A stretch of 44,576 nucleotides of DNA, taken from positions 1 to 44,576 of the forward strand of contig JACOYH010000002.1 in the NCBI GenBank assembly GCA_016181965.1, read 5' to 3'. Of the stretch, positions 25,970 to 35,617 are shown in pieces; position 1 is the first letter of the stretch; every line of letters begins with the position of its first letter. The translations under genes were made by a program, and so were the position numbers. A model generated the notes under the pieces. It was not told the origin of the DNA and did not search any database. It saw only the letters and a list, made by a program, of their open reading frames with translations. The stretch comes from Candidatus Nealsonbacteria bacterium (GTDB lineage Bacteria > Patescibacteriota > Minisyncoccia > Minisyncoccales > MHMH01).

Positions 25970-27620
25970 AATTATCATCGCTTCCGTCATTTTAGCTGTT
26001 GTGCTTGGGGCCATCGGCTTTTGGTATTATCAGCGTAATGTTTATTCCAAAGAAATTCTTAAGTTGGAAATATTGGGGCCCGAGAAAGCCGATTTGGCGG
26101 AAGAAATCGAATATACCGTCAAATACAAAAACAACGGCGATATCAAACTTGAAGAACCAAGATTGATTTTTGAATATCCCCAATATTCTATTCCCGAGGA
26201 GAGCAAGGCATTGAGACAAGAATTAATTTTGGAAGATATTTACCCGGGGCAGGAAAAGACCTTTTATTTCAAGGGCCGGCTGGTGGGCAGCGAGGGGGAA
26301 ATCAAGAAAGCCAAGGCCTGGCTAAGTTACCGACCTAAAAACCTCAAGGCGAGGTATGAGTCGGAAACCTCGTATACCACGCAGCTTGGCAGCGTTTCTC
26401 TAACCTTGGATTTTGATCTCCCCTCAAAAATAGAAGCGGGGAAAGAAATCACTTTCAAGCTTAATTATTTCTCTAATGTTAATTATCCGCTATCAAATTT
26501 GGGAATTAAAATTGAATATCCCGTCGGTTTTGAATTCAAATCGGCTTCTCCCAAGCCCCTTGAGACGGCAGAGTGGGAGATCGGGCTCTTAAATAAAGCC
26601 GAAGGCGGTCGGCTGGAAATTAGGGGAAATATTACGGGCCAAATTGATGAAGAAAAAACTTTTAAGGCGCAGCTGGGCATCTGGCAAGAAGGCACTTTTA
26701 TTTTGTTAAAAGAGTCGATTAGGGCGGTTAAAATTGTCACCCCTTCCTTATATATTTCCCAGCAGATTAACGGCAGTCCTCAATACGTAGCTTCCCCCGG
26801 AGATACTCTGCACTACGAAATATTTTTCAAAAATATCGGCAACGAGGCCTTCACTAATTTATTTTTAGTGGCGCGCCTCGAGGGCAAGGCCTTTGATTTT
26901 TCAACTATCAAAGCCCCTTTCGGAGAATTTGAGTCGGGAGACAATTCGATTGTCTTTGATTGGCGAAGTGTCTCCGACCTTCAATTTATTGACGCGCAAG
27001 AAGAGGGGAAAATCGAGTTTTGGATTGACTTGAATGACTCTTGGCCAATATCGGGGCCGCAAGACAACAATCCGGTGATAAAAAACAAAGTTTATCTTAG
27101 CCAGGCCCGTCAGGAATTTGTAAATAAAGTGAACACTAAGATAGAAATAATTCAGAGCGGTTATCACCGCGAGGAAACCTTCGGTAATTCCGGCCCAATC
27201 CCGCCGGAAGTCGGCGAAACCACCACTTACACGATTACTTGGCAGGCCAAGAACTATTACAACGATGTCAAAAACATGCAAGTCAGGGCCAAGCTTGGCA
27301 GGGGCGTGGGCCTGACCGGCAGAATTTTCCCGGACGGCGCTAATCTAACTTTTGATTCCGCCTCTAAAGAAATTGTCTGGAAATTGGAAAATTTGGCCGC
27401 GGGCAAGGGCGTTACCGGGGCTGGGCCAAATGTGTCGTTTCAAGTTGCCTTTACGCCAAGCGAGTCGCAAAAAGGGACTGTTCCCGTAATCGTCAACCAA
27501 GCTGAAATTAAGGGAGAAGATCAGTTTACCGGCCTGACTGTTTCGGGGGCTGGCGGATCCATAGCGACGGGCCTACCCGACGATCAAACAGTTTCCGAGC
27601 AGGATGGAATTGTTAAATAA
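25959..27620 (+). CDS. Membrane-anchored beta-sandwich repeat protein (DUF11/Ig-like)
   Basis: N-terminal TM helix; repeated motifs such as YTVKYKN, YEIFFKNIG and YTITW. Confidence 0.7.
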   Translation: MKNKIIIASVILAVVLGAIGFWYYQRNVYSKEILKLEILGPEKADLAEEIEYTVKYKNNGDIKLEEPRLIFEYPQYSIPEESKALRQELILEDIYPGQEKTFYFKGRLVGSEGEIKKAKAWLSYRPKNLKARYESETSYTTQLGSVSLTLDFDLPSKIEAGKEITFKLNYFSNVNYPLSNLGIKIEYPVGFEFKSASPKPLETAEWEIGLLNKAEGGRLEIRGNITGQIDEEKTFKAQLGIWQEGTFILLKESIRAVKIVTPSLYISQQINGSPQYVASPGDTLHYEIFFKNIGNEAFTNLFLVARLEGKAFDFSTIKAPFGEFESGDNSIVFDWRSVSDLQFIDAQEEGKIEFWIDLNDSWPISGPQDNNPVIKNKVYLSQARQEFVNKVNTKIEIIQSGYHREETFGNSGPIPPEVGETTTYTITWQAKNYYNDVKNMQVRAKLGRGVGLTGRIFPDGANLTFDSASKEIVWKLENLAAGKGVTGAGPNVSFQVAFTPSESQKGTVPVIVNQAEIKGEDQFTGLTVSGAGGSIATGLPDDQTVSEQDGIVK

Positions 27621-28944
27621 AAGTTTTATGCAAAAAATCGTATCATTGGCTAAAAGAAGGGGTTTTGTTTTTCTCTCATCTGAAATTTACGGGGGCTTTG
27701 GCTCCTGCTATGATTTCGGGCCGTTGGGAGCTGAAATGAAAAACAACGTGAAGAACGCCTGGCGGAAAGAGATGACCAGAGCGCAGGAAGACATTGTTTT
27801 GCTGGATGCGGCTATTTTAATGTCGCCTAAAATATGGGAGGCCTCCGGCCACTTGTCGGCTGGATTTGCCGACGAGCTGGTGGAATGCAAAAAGTGCCAC
27901 CACCGTTTCCGAAAGGATTTTCTTAAAGGAGATAAATGTCCCGACTGCGGCGGCGAGACGACCTTGCCCAGAAAGTTCAACCTAATGATGAAGACATTTG
28001 TGGGCCCATTAGAAGAAAAAAGTTCGGAAACATATCTAAGGGCGGAAACCTGTCAGGGCATCTATGTTAATTTCAATAATGTTTTGAATTCAATGCGGCT
28101 GAAAATTCCTTTCGGCGTAGCGCAAATCGGCAAGGCCTTCAGAAATGAAATTACCCCCGGCAACTTTATTTTCCGAACGCGGGAATTCGAGCAAATGGAA
28201 ATGCAGTGGTTTTGCCGCCCCGAAACAGCCGATAAGTTTTTTGAATACTGGCTGAAAACGCGGCTGGAATGGTATTTTAATTTAGGCATTAAGAAAGAAA
28301 ATATCAGAACCCGGGAAGTACAAAAGGGGGATTTAGCCCATTACGCCAAAAGAGCGGTGGATATTGAGTATAAGTTTCCTTTCGGCTGGCAAGAAATCGA
28401 GGGCATCCACAATCGCGGCGACTGGGATTTATCTAATCACGCTAAATATTCCGGCCAAGACCTGCGGTATTCTGATGAGGCCAGCGGAGAGAAATATTTT
28501 CCTTATATAATAGAAACGTCAGTTGGCGCGGATAGATCTTTTCTAACCTTTTTTGTTGACGCTTATGCCGAAATAAAAGGAGGCAGAACTAAGACCACCG
28601 AGGCCACCAAAGAAGAAGAGATCATGCTTAAGTTACACAAAGATTTGGCGCCAGTAAAAATTGCCGTGTTGCCCTTAGTAAAAAACAAGCCCGAGCTCGT
28701 CAAGCAAGCCAAAGAAGTATATCAACTGCTCAAGCCGCATTTCGCGACTCAATACGACGACGCCGGTTCTATTGGCAGAAGATATAGGCGGCAAGACGAA
28801 ATAGGCACGCTTCTTGCTATAACCGTTGACTTCGACACGTCCAAAAAGAAAGATGTCACCTTGCGCGACCGCGACAGCATGAAGCAAGAAAGGGTAAAAA
28901 TCAAAGATCTTCTTAAAACAATAAGAGAGAGAATGGAAAATTAA
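27604..28944 (+). CDS. glyS: Glycine--tRNA ligase, alpha2 (homodimeric) type
   Basis: KRRGFV, EIYGG, LRAETCQG, FRNEITP, REFEQME, SIGRRYRRQDEIGT. Alternative start at 27628. Confidence 0.96.
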   Translation: MELLNKSFMQKIVSLAKRRGFVFLSSEIYGGFGSCYDFGPLGAEMKNNVKNAWRKEMTRAQEDIVLLDAAILMSPKIWEASGHLSAGFADELVECKKCHHRFRKDFLKGDKCPDCGGETTLPRKFNLMMKTFVGPLEEKSSETYLRAETCQGIYVNFNNVLNSMRLKIPFGVAQIGKAFRNEITPGNFIFRTREFEQMEMQWFCRPETADKFFEYWLKTRLEWYFNLGIKKENIRTREVQKGDLAHYAKRAVDIEYKFPFGWQEIEGIHNRGDWDLSNHAKYSGQDLRYSDEASGEKYFPYIIETSVGADRSFLTFFVDAYAEIKGGRTKTTEATKEEEIMLKLHKDLAPVKIAVLPLVKNKPELVKQAKEVYQLLKPHFATQYDDAGSIGRRYRRQDEIGTLLAITVDFDTSKKKDVTLRDRDSMKQERVKIKDLLKTIRERMEN

Positions 28945-28972
28945 AGCATTTTATTTATAATTAGTTAAGAAG

Positions 28973-30247
28973 ATGCATCAACACAAGCAAGTTACTCTTG
29001 AAAACGGCTTAAGAATAATTACTGTGCCGCAAAATTCTACGCAAGCAGTAACGGTTTTGGTTTTGGTGGCTACCGGGTCTAAATATGAAAGCAGGAAAAT
29101 CAACGGCATTTCGCATTTTTTGGAGCACATGTTTTTCAAGGGCACCGAGAAAAGGCCCGACAAGCTGGATATTGCCGAAACGCTGGATAAGATAGGCGGA
29201 ATTTATAACGCCTTTACCGGCGAGGACTATACGGGTTATTTCGCGAAAGTTGCCGCAGAAAAATTTGACTTGGCGCTCGATTGGGTTTCCGATATTTATT
29301 TGAACAGCTTACTGCCGGAGAAGGAAGCAAAAAGAGAGAAAGGCGTTATTATTGAAGAAATTAATATGCTTTATGATAACCCGATGTCGCGCGTTGGGCT
29401 TTTATGGAATCATCTTCTATACGGCGACCAGCCGGCAGGGCGGGACATAGCCGGCACTAAAGAAAGCGTCTCGGCAATCACCAGAAACGCTCTTCTTAAT
29501 TACATGGAAAGCCAGTACGTAGCGGGAAACACGGTTGTTTGCGTAGCCGGGAGAATAGACGGCGAAGAAATGATCCAAAAAATAAAAAAGTATTTCGCAA
29601 AAATCAGCGTTGCTTCTCCCATCGAAAAACCGAAGGTTATTGAAAAGCAGACAAGGCCGGCCGTTTTGCTGGATTATCGCAAAACAGATCAGACCCACTT
29701 GTGTTTTGGGGGAAGAGGGCATAATATATTCCATCCCGACAAATATGCTCAAGATGTTCTGGGAGTGATTTTGGGCGGAATGATGAGTTCGCGTCTATTT
29801 ATCGAGGTCAGGGAGAAGTTGGGCGTTGCCTACTACGTCAGAACAAGCGTGGACGCAAATCCCGATACAGGGTTTTTAATGAGCCAGGCGGGCGTAGACA
29901 ACCGCAACATCGAGAAGGCGGTTGCCACGATTATGCGCGAATACCGAAAAATTTCTAAAGAAAAAGTTCCGCCCGCGGAATTGCAAAAATCCAAAGACCA
30001 CATTAAGGGCAAGATGGCCTTGCTTTTGGAAGCGTCAGACGAGCTTGCCGCTTTTTATGGCATTCAAGAGCTTATGGAAAAACAGGTCTTAACCCTAAAA
30101 GAGGTGTATAATAAAATTGACAGTGTTTCGCAAGAAGATATTTTACGCGTTGCCAAAGATATCTTTCAGACAAAAAATATCAATCTGGCGATGGTCGGCC
30201 CATTCCGCAATAAAAAAACATTTGAGAAAATATTACTTCAAAAATGA
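28973..30247 (+). CDS. M16 (pitrilysin) family zinc peptidase
   Basis: GISHFLEHMFFKGT (HXXEH), NAFT, SSRLFIEVREKLG. Confidence 0.93.
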   Translation: MHQHKQVTLENGLRIITVPQNSTQAVTVLVLVATGSKYESRKINGISHFLEHMFFKGTEKRPDKLDIAETLDKIGGIYNAFTGEDYTGYFAKVAAEKFDLALDWVSDIYLNSLLPEKEAKREKGVIIEEINMLYDNPMSRVGLLWNHLLYGDQPAGRDIAGTKESVSAITRNALLNYMESQYVAGNTVVCVAGRIDGEEMIQKIKKYFAKISVASPIEKPKVIEKQTRPAVLLDYRKTDQTHLCFGGRGHNIFHPDKYAQDVLGVILGGMMSSRLFIEVREKLGVAYYVRTSVDANPDTGFLMSQAGVDNRNIEKAVATIMREYRKISKEKVPPAELQKSKDHIKGKMALLLEASDELAAFYGIQELMEKQVLTLKEVYNKIDSVSQEDILRVAKDIFQTKNINLAMVGPFRNKKTFEKILLQK

Positions 30248-31269
30248 GTGAAAGCAGGGTCTTAGACATATCATTATCATCAATCATTAAGGTCGCTCTC
30301 GCCGGACTTTTCTTTTACATGCTTTATTTAATAAAAGATCTTTTGGTTTGGGTGGTTTTTGCTTTGGTAATTTCTATCTTATTCAACCCGGCCATAGATT
30401 TTCTTAAAAAGTATATTCCAAGAGTGGCTTGCGTTGCGCTGGTGTACCTTATTGTTTTTGGGGTCATTGGAGCCATGATTTACCTAATCGCTCCCTTGTT
30501 TTTCACAGAAATACAGCAGTTTTCACGGGCCTTTCCGGCATATTTTGATACAATTTCTCCGCCCCTAAGGGGCCTGGGCATCACGGCCTTTGAAAGTTTC
30601 GAGACATTCACTAAAACAATGGAAGATAATCTCAATCAGGTCTCATCCAGTATTTTCATGGCCGTTGGGGCAATTTTTGGCGGTCTTTTTTCTACTATAA
30701 CCATTTTGGCCATCGCCTTTTTTCTTTCCCTGGAAGAGAAAGGAGCCGAAAGAATGTTAAGAGTTTTGACACCAAAGCGCTACGAGGCGGTCGTGCTCAA
30801 TCTTTGGGAAAGAAGCCAGAAGAAAGTCAGCGGCTGGTTCGGCGCAAGAATTTTGGCCTCAACATTTGTGGGCGCTATGACCTTTGTCACTTGTTATGTC
30901 TTAGATATTGACTATGCGATATCTTTTTCTCTTTTTGCCGGCGTTTTTAATTTTATTCCTTTTGTCGGGCCGCTTTTGGCGGCGGCAGTGACCGGCGTCA
31001 TAGTGGCTGCCGATTCTTGGCTGAAGGCGGCTTTTTTCCTCGCCGCTACTGTTCTTATTCAGCAAATAGAGGGCAATATTTTGAGTCCGGTTTTGACAAA
31101 AAAGCTTGTGGGCCTTCCTCCTGCCTTAGTGCTGATTGCCGTCTTGGCAGGAGCGCAGCTATGGGGGCTGATGGGCGCGCTTTTAGCCATACCAATTGCC
31201 GGCATATTTTTTGAGTTTCTGCGTGATTTTCTCAAAAAGAAAAAAGAAACTTCAACGGTAGTGTTGTAG
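30244..31269 (+). CDS. AI-2E family transporter
   Basis: NFIPFVGP, QQIEGNILSP, GALLAIP. Confidence 0.9.
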   Translation: MSESRVLDISLSSIIKVALAGLFFYMLYLIKDLLVWVVFALVISILFNPAIDFLKKYIPRVACVALVYLIVFGVIGAMIYLIAPLFFTEIQQFSRAFPAYFDTISPPLRGLGITAFESFETFTKTMEDNLNQVSSSIFMAVGAIFGGLFSTITILAIAFFLSLEEKGAERMLRVLTPKRYEAVVLNLWERSQKKVSGWFGARILASTFVGAMTFVTCYVLDIDYAISFSLFAGVFNFIPFVGPLLAAAVTGVIVAADSWLKAAFFLAATVLIQQIEGNILSPVLTKKLVGLPPALVLIAVLAGAQLWGLMGALLAIPIAGIFFEFLRDFLKKKKETSTVVL

Positions 31270-31274
31270 CGGCC

Positions 31275-31958
31275 ATGGCCCTGTACATTGTCTCAACGCC
31301 AATTGGCAACCTTCAAGATATTACCTTGCGAGCGCTCGATATTTTAAAGAGCGCCGATTTAATTTTATGCGAAGATACGCGAGAAACCAAAAAGCTATTA
31401 GGCCATTACGATATTAAAACCCCGACCATTAGTTATCATCAGCATTCGCAATTCAAAAAAATTGAATATATCATTCAGCTCTTAGATGAAGGCAAAAATT
31501 TGGCCTTGGTTTCAGACGCCGGCACTCCCGGGATATCCGACCCGGGCAATCAGCTCATCGCCGAAATTGCACGGGTGTCGCCCGCGCAGATTGCGCAGGT
31601 GTCGCCAGTGCCGGGGCCTTCGGCCTTAACAGCTGCGGCCTCGGCGTCTGGTTTTCCTATGGACAAGTTTATTTTTATGGGCTTTCCGCCGGCAAAGAAA
31701 AAGAGGAGAAAATTTTTTGAAGAAGTATCCTTGGCAAAATACCCGGTTATTTTTTACGAATCGCCCTACCGGATATTAAAGACCCTCAAAGAACTCGAAG
31801 CAACTTACGATTCAAGCCATGGCCCCAAGGAAACGCTGGTGGTGGCGTGTCGAGAATTAACTAAAAAATTTGAAACAATCTATCGGGGCGCAATAGGACA
31901 GGTAGCTAAAGAAATCGTCCCGAAAGGCGAGTTTGTAGTTATAGTAAAAAATAAATAG
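31275..31958 (+). CDS. rsmI: 16S rRNA (cytidine1402-2'-O)-methyltransferase
   Basis: LYIVSTPIGNLQDIT, CEDTR, SDAGTPGISDPG, YESPYR, RELTKKFE. Confidence 0.95.
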   Translation: MALYIVSTPIGNLQDITLRALDILKSADLILCEDTRETKKLLGHYDIKTPTISYHQHSQFKKIEYIIQLLDEGKNLALVSDAGTPGISDPGNQLIAEIARVSPAQIAQVSPVPGPSALTAAASASGFPMDKFIFMGFPPAKKKRRKFFEEVSLAKYPVIFYESPYRILKTLKELEATYDSSHGPKETLVVACRELTKKFETIYRGAIGQVAKEIVPKGEFVVIVKNK

Positions 31959-31973
31959 CGAAAGCGGCTACAG

Positions 31974-32315
31974 CTACTTGGCTTTAGACATGAGCCGATT
32001 TTGCGGAAAAATAATATGCATCAGAGTAAGGCCGTCAGGTATTATGGCGGCAAGCGCTCCGAGGTAAGCTGTAAGATTGTTGCCCGCTATGAAGTAAATC
32101 GCCGTAAGGGCCGCAGCCATATCTAAAAGTACCTTGAAGCAGTCATAGTAGGACTTTCCCCAACGCCTTTCTTTTATATTATCGATGGAGTATTCTTTGT
32201 GGGGAGGGATGTCCAGCAGATAATGGCTTAAAAAAGCCAAAAAAATTCCCAGAATTGGATTCTGGATTCGTGTAGCCACCGCCGCGCCAGTCAAAATATG
32301 CGCCGATAAAATCAT
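31974..32315 (-). CDS. Small membrane protein resembling membrane-bound metal-dependent hydrolases
   Basis: SAHILTG, SHYLLDIPPH and IPD motifs with hydrophobic segments. Confidence 0.65.
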   Translation of the reverse strand: MILSAHILTGAAVATRIQNPILGIFLAFLSHYLLDIPPHKEYSIDNIKERRWGKSYYDCFKVLLDMAAALTAIYFIAGNNLTAYLGALAAIIPDGLTLMHIIFPQNRLMSKAK

Positions 32316-32339
32316 GAAAAATTATGCTATCATTATAGC

Positions 32340-33788
32340 ATGAAGGAAAAATTTTATCTAACAACCAGTATCGCTTACACCAATGCCCCGCCTCACGTGG
32401 GCTTTGCTTTGGAATTGATTCAGGCCGACGTAATTGCCAGGTATCAGCGGCTTTCCGGCAAAGATGTTTTCTTTTTGACAGGCACCGATGAGCACGGCCA
32501 AAAAGTGGCTAAAGCGGCTCAAAATGCCGGCAAGTCGCCTAGGGAATTTACAGACGGTCTTTCCGGAAAATATAGGGAGTTAGCGGAAGTCCTGAATATT
32601 TCCAATAATGATTTTATTAGGACAACCGATCAAAAAAAACATTGGCCATCGGTTAAGAAGGCCTGGCTGGCGTGGGAAAAGAAAGGCGACATTTATAAGA
32701 AAAACTATAAGGGAATCTATTGTGCGGGCTGCGAGGCCTTTATCACCAAAAAAGACCTGAGCAACGGCAAGTGCGGCATTCATCAGTGGGCAGAGCCGGA
32801 GATTATTGAGGAGGAGAATTACTTTTTCCGGCTTTCCCGTTATTCAAAAAAAATAGAGGAAATTTTAAAAAAGGATAAAGTTAAAATAATTCCCGAAGGC
32901 AAGAAAAACGAAATGCTGTCTTTTGCCAGACAGGGTTTGGAAGATATTAGTTTTTCCCGGCCGCGCAAGGACCTGCGGTGGGGAATACCCGTGCCCAATG
33001 ACGACAGCCAAACAGTTTATGTCTGGGGAGACGCTTTAACGAATTATATTTCTGCCCTTGGTTACGACAAAAACAGCGCCAAGTTCAAAAAATATTGGCC
33101 GGCCGACGTTCACTTTATCGGCAAAGATATTCAAAAGTTTCACTCTTTAATTTGGCCGGGCATGCTGCTTTCATTGGGCCTGCCCTTGCCAAAGAAAATC
33201 TTTGTGCATGGCTTTATAACCGTGGCCGGGCAGAAAATGTCAAAGAGTTTGGGCAATGTCATCAACCCTTTTGAGCTGGTGGAAAAATATGGCGCGGACG
33301 CCGTCAGGTATTTTTTATTGCGGGAAATACCGCCAAGCGAAGATGGCGATTTTACAACAGAGAAATTTGAAAAGCGTTACAATGCCGATTTGGCCTCTGG
33401 CCTTGGCAATCTTACCAGCCGGGTTATTACCATGGCCGAAAAGTTCAAAATCAAACGCCCTAAATTCAAGCCAACGGGGGAAAATCTAAAAGCTATCGAT
33501 GCCTGCTGGACCAAATATGAAAAAGCGCTGGCTGATTTTAGGTTTAATGAAGCGCTGTCTGCCATTTGGGAGCTGATTGGCTGGTGCGACAGATATATAG
33601 AAAAAGAGAGGCCTTGGTCATTCGACCCCGCTCACGATAAAGAGAAGCAAAATGAGGTTATGGGAAATCTTCTGTTAATGTTAGAAGAAATCGCCGAGTT
33701 GCTTATTCCTTTTTTACCAGACACATCGGCAAAAATGCTGAAACAATTAAGAAATTATAAAACAGAATCAATTTTTCCTCGAGTATGA
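32340..33788 (+). CDS. metG: Methionine--tRNA ligase (short form)
   Basis: YTNAPPHVG, TGTDEHG, YVWGDAL, GKDI, KMSKSLGN. Confidence 0.96.
   Translation: MKEKFYLTTSIAYTNAPPHVGFALELIQADVIARYQRLSGKDVFFLTGTDEHGQKVAKAAQNAGKSPREFTDGLSGKYRELAEVLNISNNDFIRTTDQKKHWPSVKKAWLAWEKKGDIYKKNYKGIYCAGCEAFITKKDLSNGKCGIHQWAEPEIIEEENYFFRLSRYSKKIEEILKKDKVKIIPEGKKNEMLSFARQGLEDISFSRPRKDLRWGIPVPNDDSQTVYVWGDALTNYISALGYDKNSAKFKKYWPADVHFIGKDIQKFHSLIWPGMLLSLGLPLPKKIFVHGFITVAGQKMSKSLGNVINPFELVEKYGADAVRYFLLREIPPSEDGDFTTEKFEKRYNADLASGLGNLTSRVITMAEKFKIKRPKFKPTGENLKAIDACWTKYEKALADFRFNEALSAIWELIGWCDRYIEKERPWSFDPAHDKEKQNEVMGNLLLMLEEIAELLIPFLPDTSAKMLKQLRNYKTESIFPRV
33618..33641 (-). repeat. Family-E element (TGAGC-N3-GTCGAA) in frame in metG
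   Basis: TCATTCGACCCCGCTCACGATAAA encodes SFDPAHDK. Its reverse complement shares TGAGC-NNN-GTCGAA with 42895-42919. Confidence 0.6.
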
Positions 33789-34609
33789 TTATAGACACTC
33801 ACGCCCATGTTAATTTCAATGCTTTCAAAGACGATGCCGACGAAGTTATTCGCCGCGCTTTAAACGAGAAAATTTGGCTGATTAATGTCGGTTCGCAATA
33901 CAGCACCAGCAAAAGAGCGGTGGAAATGGCCGCCAAATATAGTGAAGGCGTTTATGCGGCCGTTGGTTTGCATCCTATTCACTTGGAAACCGGCTTGGTG
34001 AAAATAAAAGAAGATCCGCAAGAAGTTCAGTTCCAAACAAAAGAAGAAACATTTGATTATGAAAAATATAAAGAACTGGCCAAATCAAAAAAAGTGGTGG
34101 CCATTGGCGAAGTGGGCTTTGATTATTATTGGAAACCAAAGACCCAAAAAAAATTAGCGGACTTCCAGCAAAAGCAACGCGACATCTTTCATAGCCAACT
34201 TGAATTGGCGCAAGAATTGGATTTGCCGCTAATAATTCATTGCCGCATGGCGCACGACCAATTGTTGGAAGCCATATGTTCGCATCGCGACAAATTAAGA
34301 GGTGTACTGCATTGCCATACTGCCAACTGGGAGAAGACGAAAGAATGTCTTGATACGGAGTTTTATTTTGGTTTTAATGGCTTAATTTTCAAAATGCCGT
34401 CGTCCGAAGAAGTCATTAAAAATCTCCCCTTGGAGAAGATTTTAGTGGAAACGGATGCGCCTTATTTAACGCCGCCGCAGGAAGAAGGCCGCAACGAGCC
34501 AATTTACATTAAGCATGTTGTTAGCAGGATTGCCCAAATCAAGGGTCTGTCCTACGAAAAAGTCGCCGAAGCCACCACCCAAAACGCCAAAAACCTCTTC
34601 AAAATATGA
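33785..34609 (+). CDS. tatD: TatD family hydrolase/DNase
   Basis: IDTHAH, GLHP, AIGEVGFDY, IIHCR, VLHC, ETDAPYL. Confidence 0.95.
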   Translation: MIIDTHAHVNFNAFKDDADEVIRRALNEKIWLINVGSQYSTSKRAVEMAAKYSEGVYAAVGLHPIHLETGLVKIKEDPQEVQFQTKEETFDYEKYKELAKSKKVVAIGEVGFDYYWKPKTQKKLADFQQKQRDIFHSQLELAQELDLPLIIHCRMAHDQLLEAICSHRDKLRGVLHCHTANWEKTKECLDTEFYFGFNGLIFKMPSSEEVIKNLPLEKILVETDAPYLTPPQEEGRNEPIYIKHVVSRIAQIKGLSYEKVAEATTQNAKNLFKI

Positions 34610-34617
34610 CACACTTT

Positions 34618-34640
34618 TGTTAAACACCGAGTGTTTAACA
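34618..34640. repeat. Family-A palindrome, copy 2 (TGTTAAACAC-CGA-GTGTTTAACA)
   Basis: Perfect 10-bp arms with compensatory changes relative to copy 1. Confidence 0.88.
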
Positions 34641-34666
34641 CTTTTTAGGTTACCCCAGACGAGTAA

Positions 34667-34743
34667 TTGACAAGATAACCCATATTTACTATGCTTAGCG
34701 ATAGCAAAATCGTACACTGAAAAGAGAGCAAATCAAAAGGAGG
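34667..34743 (+). promoter_or_regulatory. Sigma70 promoter and SD for the 34752 gene
   Basis: TTGACA(34667)-N17-TATGCT(34690); AGGAGG at 34738-34743. Confidence 0.75.
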
Positions 34744-34751
34744 TTGTCACC

Positions 34752-35449
34752 ATGGCCGCAGCGAGTCCGTTTTTCGCCAACGAAGAGGTGAAGTCCAACT
34801 ACGGCTATCCCTCGGGGTACGCCGTGAAGCCGGTCTGCGAACAGCTCGTGGAGCTCTCCAAGCACTTCAACGGTTTGAACACCAGTTCGGTGCTGGCGTG
34901 TTCCAAGGAGCTTCCGGCTCTGCCCGCTGGCGCGGAAGGCTGGTTCGCCGTTCCGCGGTGGGAGAAGGTCGCGTCCTCGTACAACGAGGCCGTCGAGTGA
35001 TCGGCAAGACGCGAGCCTTCTACAACTACCGCAAAGGCGCACTCGGCCCGAAGTACCTGAGGCTTTCCGAGCGCACGGCCGTCGCGCTTCAGATGATCAG
35101 CGAGAAGCAGAAGGGCGACTTTCTACTGATCCCGGCGCAGTTCGGTCTGACCCATCGGGGTCGGTCCGTCCGGCGGGTGCGCGTGGTCTACGCTCCTCAC
35201 GAGTTCGGCCTCGGGTCGTTCATCGCGGGGTGCATGATCCTGTCGCATCCCGAGCGGCTCGTTCAGTGGGAGCAGTTGCACATCGACTGCCCCGGTGACG
35301 AGTACAGTCCTGACGCCGATGGCGAGTTCTCGTGCGCGCCGGTCTTCCTCTTCCACGACGGCAAGGTCAGGTTCGACGCCCGCTGGGTCCGCCATGCCCC
35401 CGCTGCCAGCGGGGCCTCTGGCTCGGCCTCGGGGTTCGTCTCGCAGTAG
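34752..35449 (+). CDS. Putative DGR variable (target) protein with C-terminal CLec-like variable region; frameshifted at ~34997
   Basis: ORFs 34752..35000 and 34898..35449 join with one frameshift. Visibly GC-richer than the host genes. The C-terminus APVFLFHDGKVRFDARWV...GSASGFVSQ* is mostly NNC codons and is followed by a pyrimidine-rich tract. Confidence 0.65.
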
Positions 35450-35508
35450 TCCCTTGATCGCTCGAACTCTTGGGTCTTTTGACTCCTTGTCTCTTGATCC
35501 TTGAGTTC
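35450..35508 (+). other. Pyrimidine-rich CTTG(A)-repeat tract, candidate IMH-like element
   Basis: CCCTTGA, CTCTTGG, CTTTTGA, TCCTTGT, CTCTTGA and TCCTTGA directly after the stop codon. Confidence 0.5.
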
Positions 35509-35519
35509 GCCGCAAAAAT

Positions 35520-35580
35520 GGGGTTGTTCACAGCACATTCCGCCAAAGGCGGACAGGCGTGGACAGCCCCTTTTCTTTTT
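35520..35580 (+). terminator. Hairpin/terminator with a nested TCCGCC-AAA-GGCGGA palindrome
   Basis: GGGGTTGTTCAC...GTGGACAGCCCC followed by TTTTCTTTTT. Confidence 0.7.
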
Positions 35581-35594
35581 CAAAACAGGTAGGT

Positions 35595-35617
35595 TGTTAG
35601 ACATTCAATGTTTAACA
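35595..35617. repeat. Family-A palindrome, copy 3 (TGTTAGACAT-TCA-ATGTTTAACA)
   Basis: 22/23 identical to copy 1; one G.T pair. Confidence 0.9.

Noticed and set aside
34998-35000. TGA recoding (code 25) or readthrough to explain the split gene
   Set aside because: Readthrough meets another TGA after 19 codons and the continuation is in a different frame. TGA ends many ordinary genes here.
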